NCBI GenBank assembly: GCA_000388065.2
Contig: KB932205.1
Length of the DNA stretch: 64,000 nucleotides
Reading direction: 5' to 3' (one strand)
Source: Fonticula alba ATCC 38817
Lineage: Eukaryota; Protista; Nucleariida
Positions 60,309 to 64,000 of this stretch are shown here, one piece after another. How positions within the stretch are numbered: the first letter of the stretch is position 1; each line of letters begins with the position of its first letter. Below the pieces are notes generated by a model. That model made no database searches, was not told the DNA's origin, and saw only the letters and a program-made list of their open reading frames with translations. The position numbers and the translations under genes are program-made.

Positions 60309-63300
60309 TTAGAGCTCACTGCGGAAGTCCGAGGCGAAGGTGGGCTCCTCGCCGTCGGTGCCAACAACAACGGTCTCCTGCATGTAGGTCAGGGGATCGG
60401 TCTCGCCAGCGGCCGCGGTCAGCGAAGCGTGGACAATGCGCTCCAGGCGGCTGGCGAAGCCGGCCGTGTCCTTGAGAGCGTAGCCCGACCGGAGGGCAGC
60501 CGCGTCGTAGAGCACACGCGCGGCGGCCACAATGTCGCCGGTGTCCATCTGGGTGACGGAGGCGCCGGAGCCCTGCTCCGGGGCGGCGGTCGGGGCATTC
60601 TCAATGCGCTGGCGGTAGCGCTCACGCATGGCCACAATGATCGGGTGCCGGGGGTTGATCTCGAAGATGCGCTTCTGCGAGAGGAAGAACTGCTGCAGGG
60701 GGTCCTGCGCGGAGCCGGCACCGCCGGCCTGCTGGGCGCGCACAATGCGCTCCATGTTGCCAGTGAGGCCGAAGTTGCTGGCCACCAGGGCACAGGGGGA
60801 GTTGGTCAGGCGGTTGCTGATGCGGACCTTCTCCACCTCATCGTTGAGGATGAGCCCCAGGAAGGTGGTCAGCCCGGCGAAGTCGGCCTCGAGCTGCTTC
60901 TCCGCGGTCCGCGAGGCGTCATCCTCGTCACCGAAGACCAGGTCGTCCTTGGCGATGTTTTGGAAGCTGTGACCCTCGAACTCGTGCAGGTTGGACACGG
61001 CATACTCGTCGATGGGCTCCGGCAGCATGAGGACCTCGTAGCCGCGCTCCACCAGACGCTCCAGCAGGGGCGAGTTCTTGATCTCCTCCATGGAGGAACC
61101 GGCCAGGAAGAAGATCTTGGTCTGCTTCTCCTTCATGTCCTTGACGTAGTCCTCAAGCGAGCGCCACTTGCCATCGGAGGAGGAGGTCTTGAAGCGAAGG
61201 AGCTTGGCCAGGCGCTTGCGGTTGCTGCGTGGAGAGACAGCAGGCGGGGCAAAGAGAGGTGCATGGGGTGGCAGGCGCGAGACACGGCCGAAGAGGGCAA
61301 GGAAGGGGAAAGGAGCAGAGGGGAGAGGTTAGCCGGGGCAGGGAGCACGCATTGTCTGGTGGCGGGGCCGTGTGTGAAAGGGAAAAAAGGGGAGGGGAGG
61401 AGAGGGGGGGGGGGAGAAGGGCCGACGCACGACTGATCCTCCAGGATACCGGCCTTGATGGCGTTGGAGTACTCCTTGATGAACTTCTCGGAGGTCTTCT
61501 CATTCTCGACCAGGGTCCGGAAGAGGTCGAGGGACTTGCGCGTGAGGCGCTGGCGGATGAGGCGCATCAGGCGCGAGTGCTGCAGGGTCTCGCGCGAGAC
61601 GTTGAGCGGCAGGTCGTCAGCATCGACAACACCGCGCACGAAGCGCAGGTAACGGGGCAGGAGGTCGGTGATCTCGTCGGTGATGAAGACACGGCGAACG
61701 AAGAGCTTGATGGCGCTGGGCAGACCCTCCGGAGAGTAGAGCTCAGAGGGGGCCTGGTCCGGGACGTAGAGCAGCGACTTGAAGTCAACCTCACCCTCGC
61801 CCTGGAGGGAGGGAGGGAGGGGGGAGGGAGGGAGGGGAAGGAAAAAAAAACCACCACACCCGGCGAGGCAGACAGGGGATCAGTGACACACGAAAGGGCG
61901 ACACCCATGGCAAGGGCGCCGAGCATCAATGTGAAATGTGTGGCAGGGGGAAACAACAGCGGAAGGAGAAACAGAGACAGGTGTGTGCGTACCGAGAAGT
62001 GGATGTGCCCCATCGGGGTGAAGGAGTCCTTGGTGAAGGCCTTGTAGAACTCGTTGTACTCCTCCTCCGACACGTCGGCCGGGGCGCGAGTCCAGATGGG
62101 CTTGCTGATGTTCAGACGCTCGTACGAGCTGACGGTCTTCTTGGCCGGCTCGGACTTCTCGGCATCGGCATCGAACATGGGGTCCAGCTCGGCATCCTCC
62201 TGCTCCTCCTCCTCGGCCTTCTCGGTGACCTCGGCCTCGGGCTTGGCCTCGGCGTCGGTGGCCGCGGCATCGCCCTCCTCGGGCTTCTCCTCGCGAGTGG
62301 TCCACAGGTAGATGGGGTAGTGGACGAACTCCGAGTACTTGGCCACAAGGTCGCGCAGGGTGGCCTCCTCGAGGAAGGCGCGCGCATCCTCGCGCAGGTG
62401 CAGGGAGATGCGCGTACCACGGCCCAGGGGGGCCACCTCGGCCGACGCATCCGGGCGGATGCTGTAGCCGCTGGTGGAGTCCGAGGTCCAGACATGCTGC
62501 ACCGGGTCGTCGTTGTGCTTGGTGGTCACCTCCACCGAGTCGGCGATCAGGAAAGACGAATAGAAGCCGACACCGAACTGGCCGATGAGGTTGGCCTGGT
62601 CATTGGACTTCTGCGGTGGGGGGTTAGAGGAGGAAGAGGATGAAGGGGGGGGAAGGGGGAGAGAGAGAGAGAGAGAGACGGGGGAAAGGGGGAAAGGGCG
62701 GGTCAGCCACGCACAGCGAACTGCTCGATGAACTCGGCGGTGCCGGACTTGGCGATGGTGCCCAGGTGCTTGATGAGGTCGTCCTTGGTCATGCCGATAC
62801 CGGTGTCGGTGATGTGCAGGACGTTGTTCTCCGGGTCCGCGCGGATGGTGATGTTGAACTCCGGCGCCGCGTCGATCGACTGCGCGCCCTTGAGGTTGAG
62901 CAGGCGGATCTTATCCAGGGCGTCCGAGGCGTTGGAGATGAGCTCGCGCAGGAAGATTTCCTTGTTGGTGTAGAGCGAGTGNNNNNNNNNNCGAGGCGTT
63001 GGAGATGAGCTCGCGCAGGAAGATTTCCTTGTTGGTGTAGAGCGAGTGTACTTACTTGTTCTTCTTGTGGTTTTTTTTTGTTTGTAAGGCGAAGGTCTCA
63101 ACGCCGGTCGCATTCTGTGTCGACGGCGCGCGAGGCGCACGGGCAGGGGGGGGGGGGGCGGGTCAGTCGGCGAAGAGCGAGGGCGACAGGCGATCCGGCG
63201 CCCGGGCGTGGGACCGACGCACCTCCTTGGCATTGGTGGTCCGGGTCGAGGAGGCCGCGATCAGGACAAAGAGCGACAGGCAGATGAAGCCAACCTTGGA

Positions 63301-63336
63301 GAGGGCGCCACGGCCGAAGGGGCGAAGGCGAGCCAT
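60309..63336 (-). CDS. HSP90B1: Endoplasmin / GRP94 (ER Hsp90), 5 exons, ~783 aa
   Basis: Exons 63336-63223, 63114-62715 (interrupted by a gap and overlap), 62610-61993, 61801-61431, 61224-60309. It has an N-terminal hydrophobic signal peptide ([14 protein letters not shown]), [84 protein letters not shown], and a C-terminal RSEL*. Confidence 0.95.
62925..63048. repeat. 57-bp overlap duplicated on either side of a 10-N gap
   Basis: 62925-62981 is identical to 62992-63048. Removing one copy and the gap restores the GRP94 reading frame. Confidence 0.93.
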
Positions 63337-63465
63337 GTGTGTCGGTTGAAGAGGTGGAGGGGGGGAGGGGAGACAGGGGAAAGGGCGCGGGAAGGGGTGG
63401 AGCGAGGGACGGAGCAACTGACTCTGCTGGGCCGCCCCGGGCGCCACGGATCGAACCTTTGGGCG

Positions 63466-63472
63466 TTTTATA
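63466..63472 (-). promoter_or_regulatory. Putative TATA box (TATAAAA) ~130 nt upstream of the GRP94 start codon
   Basis: Exact TATAAAA on the coding strand within an otherwise very GC-rich upstream region. The position is plausible but untested. Confidence 0.4.
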
Positions 63473-64000
63473 ACCCAACGCCCGAAGGGCACATGTCGCG
63501 CCAGTCCCAACAGGCGGGGGGGTGGCACGGGCACGGACGCGCAAACTTGCGGCCCGTGTCCGCCCCCCCTGGCCGGAGGCCCGGGAGGCCGGAGACCCGG
63601 GAGGCCGGTGCGCCACCGGGGAGAGGGGCAGGGAGATGTGAGGGGGGGAGCGCGGACCCTCCGCCCCTGCAAGGGGCCCCCCTCTAGCGGCCGCAAATCC
63701 CCCGACGGACATGGTCTTTCCTTGTTGTGGCCTGTGCTTTTTTTCGTTCGGGCACTGTCCCCTTGGCGGGGACCTCTCCGCCGGACTTGCCTGGGCGAGC
63801 CACACACTGCCCAGCCCGCCGGGAAAGGCGAAGCTGCCCGGCTCACAGGGCCGGCCCTGTTCGTCCGGCGATTTTTCGAGAGCAGCCGGGAGGCAGGCCG
63901 GGGGGGGAGGGTGGAAACCCGCCGCTGGCTCGTTCGCACTCGCGAGAAGGGGGCAGACTAGGCGAGCGGGTGTGGCTCCGGCTGACTGTTCCCCCTGCCC

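Noticed and set aside
3592-63336. Apparent clustering of membrane-traffic/ER genes (VTI1, OSBP-like, SPG11, GRP94)
   Set aside because: They are interspersed with unrelated genes on mixed strands, and such genes are common. There is no evidence of a functional cluster.
1-64000. CRISPR arrays, transposon ORFs, terminal inverted repeats, rRNA
   Set aside because: No repeat-spacer array, no transposase/RT/integrase motifs and no rRNA-like sequence were seen.

Overview
GC-rich, intron-containing eukaryotic DNA from a draft short-read assembly, with five N-gaps. Gene content and style suggest a unicellular opisthokont; Fonticula alba is my best guess, by inference only. I reconstructed nine protein-coding genes by hand with phase-consistent GT-AG introns: VTI1-type SNARE (+), eIF2-beta (+), ESF1 (-), a short Osh4/Kes1-like oxysterol-binding protein (+), a ~3060-aa PPP1R37-like LRR protein (-), a ~5050-aa spatacsin/SPG11 (+), a ~1360-aa unrecognised protein with a putative mitochondrial presequence (-), a CDK8-like kinase whose catalytic core is missing from the sequence (+), and GRP94/HSP90B1 (-). 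Most other ORFs in the track are GC-rich antisense or off-frame shadows. The strongest biological signal is the 5' splice-site code: of 32 inferred donors, 29 have C at +4, 3 have T and none has the canonical A, giving a GTGCGY consensus. Other leads are the orphan beta-hairpin-repeat protein, the oversized SPG11 and PPP1R37-like proteins, and the core-less CDK8. Several oddities are demonstrably or probably assembly artefacts: two Illumina adapter fragments bridging in-frame tandem duplications, a gap-overlap duplication, a poly-G-joined duplication and an A-rich garbled stretch in GRP94. I found no tRNA, rRNA, CRISPR array or mobile element.
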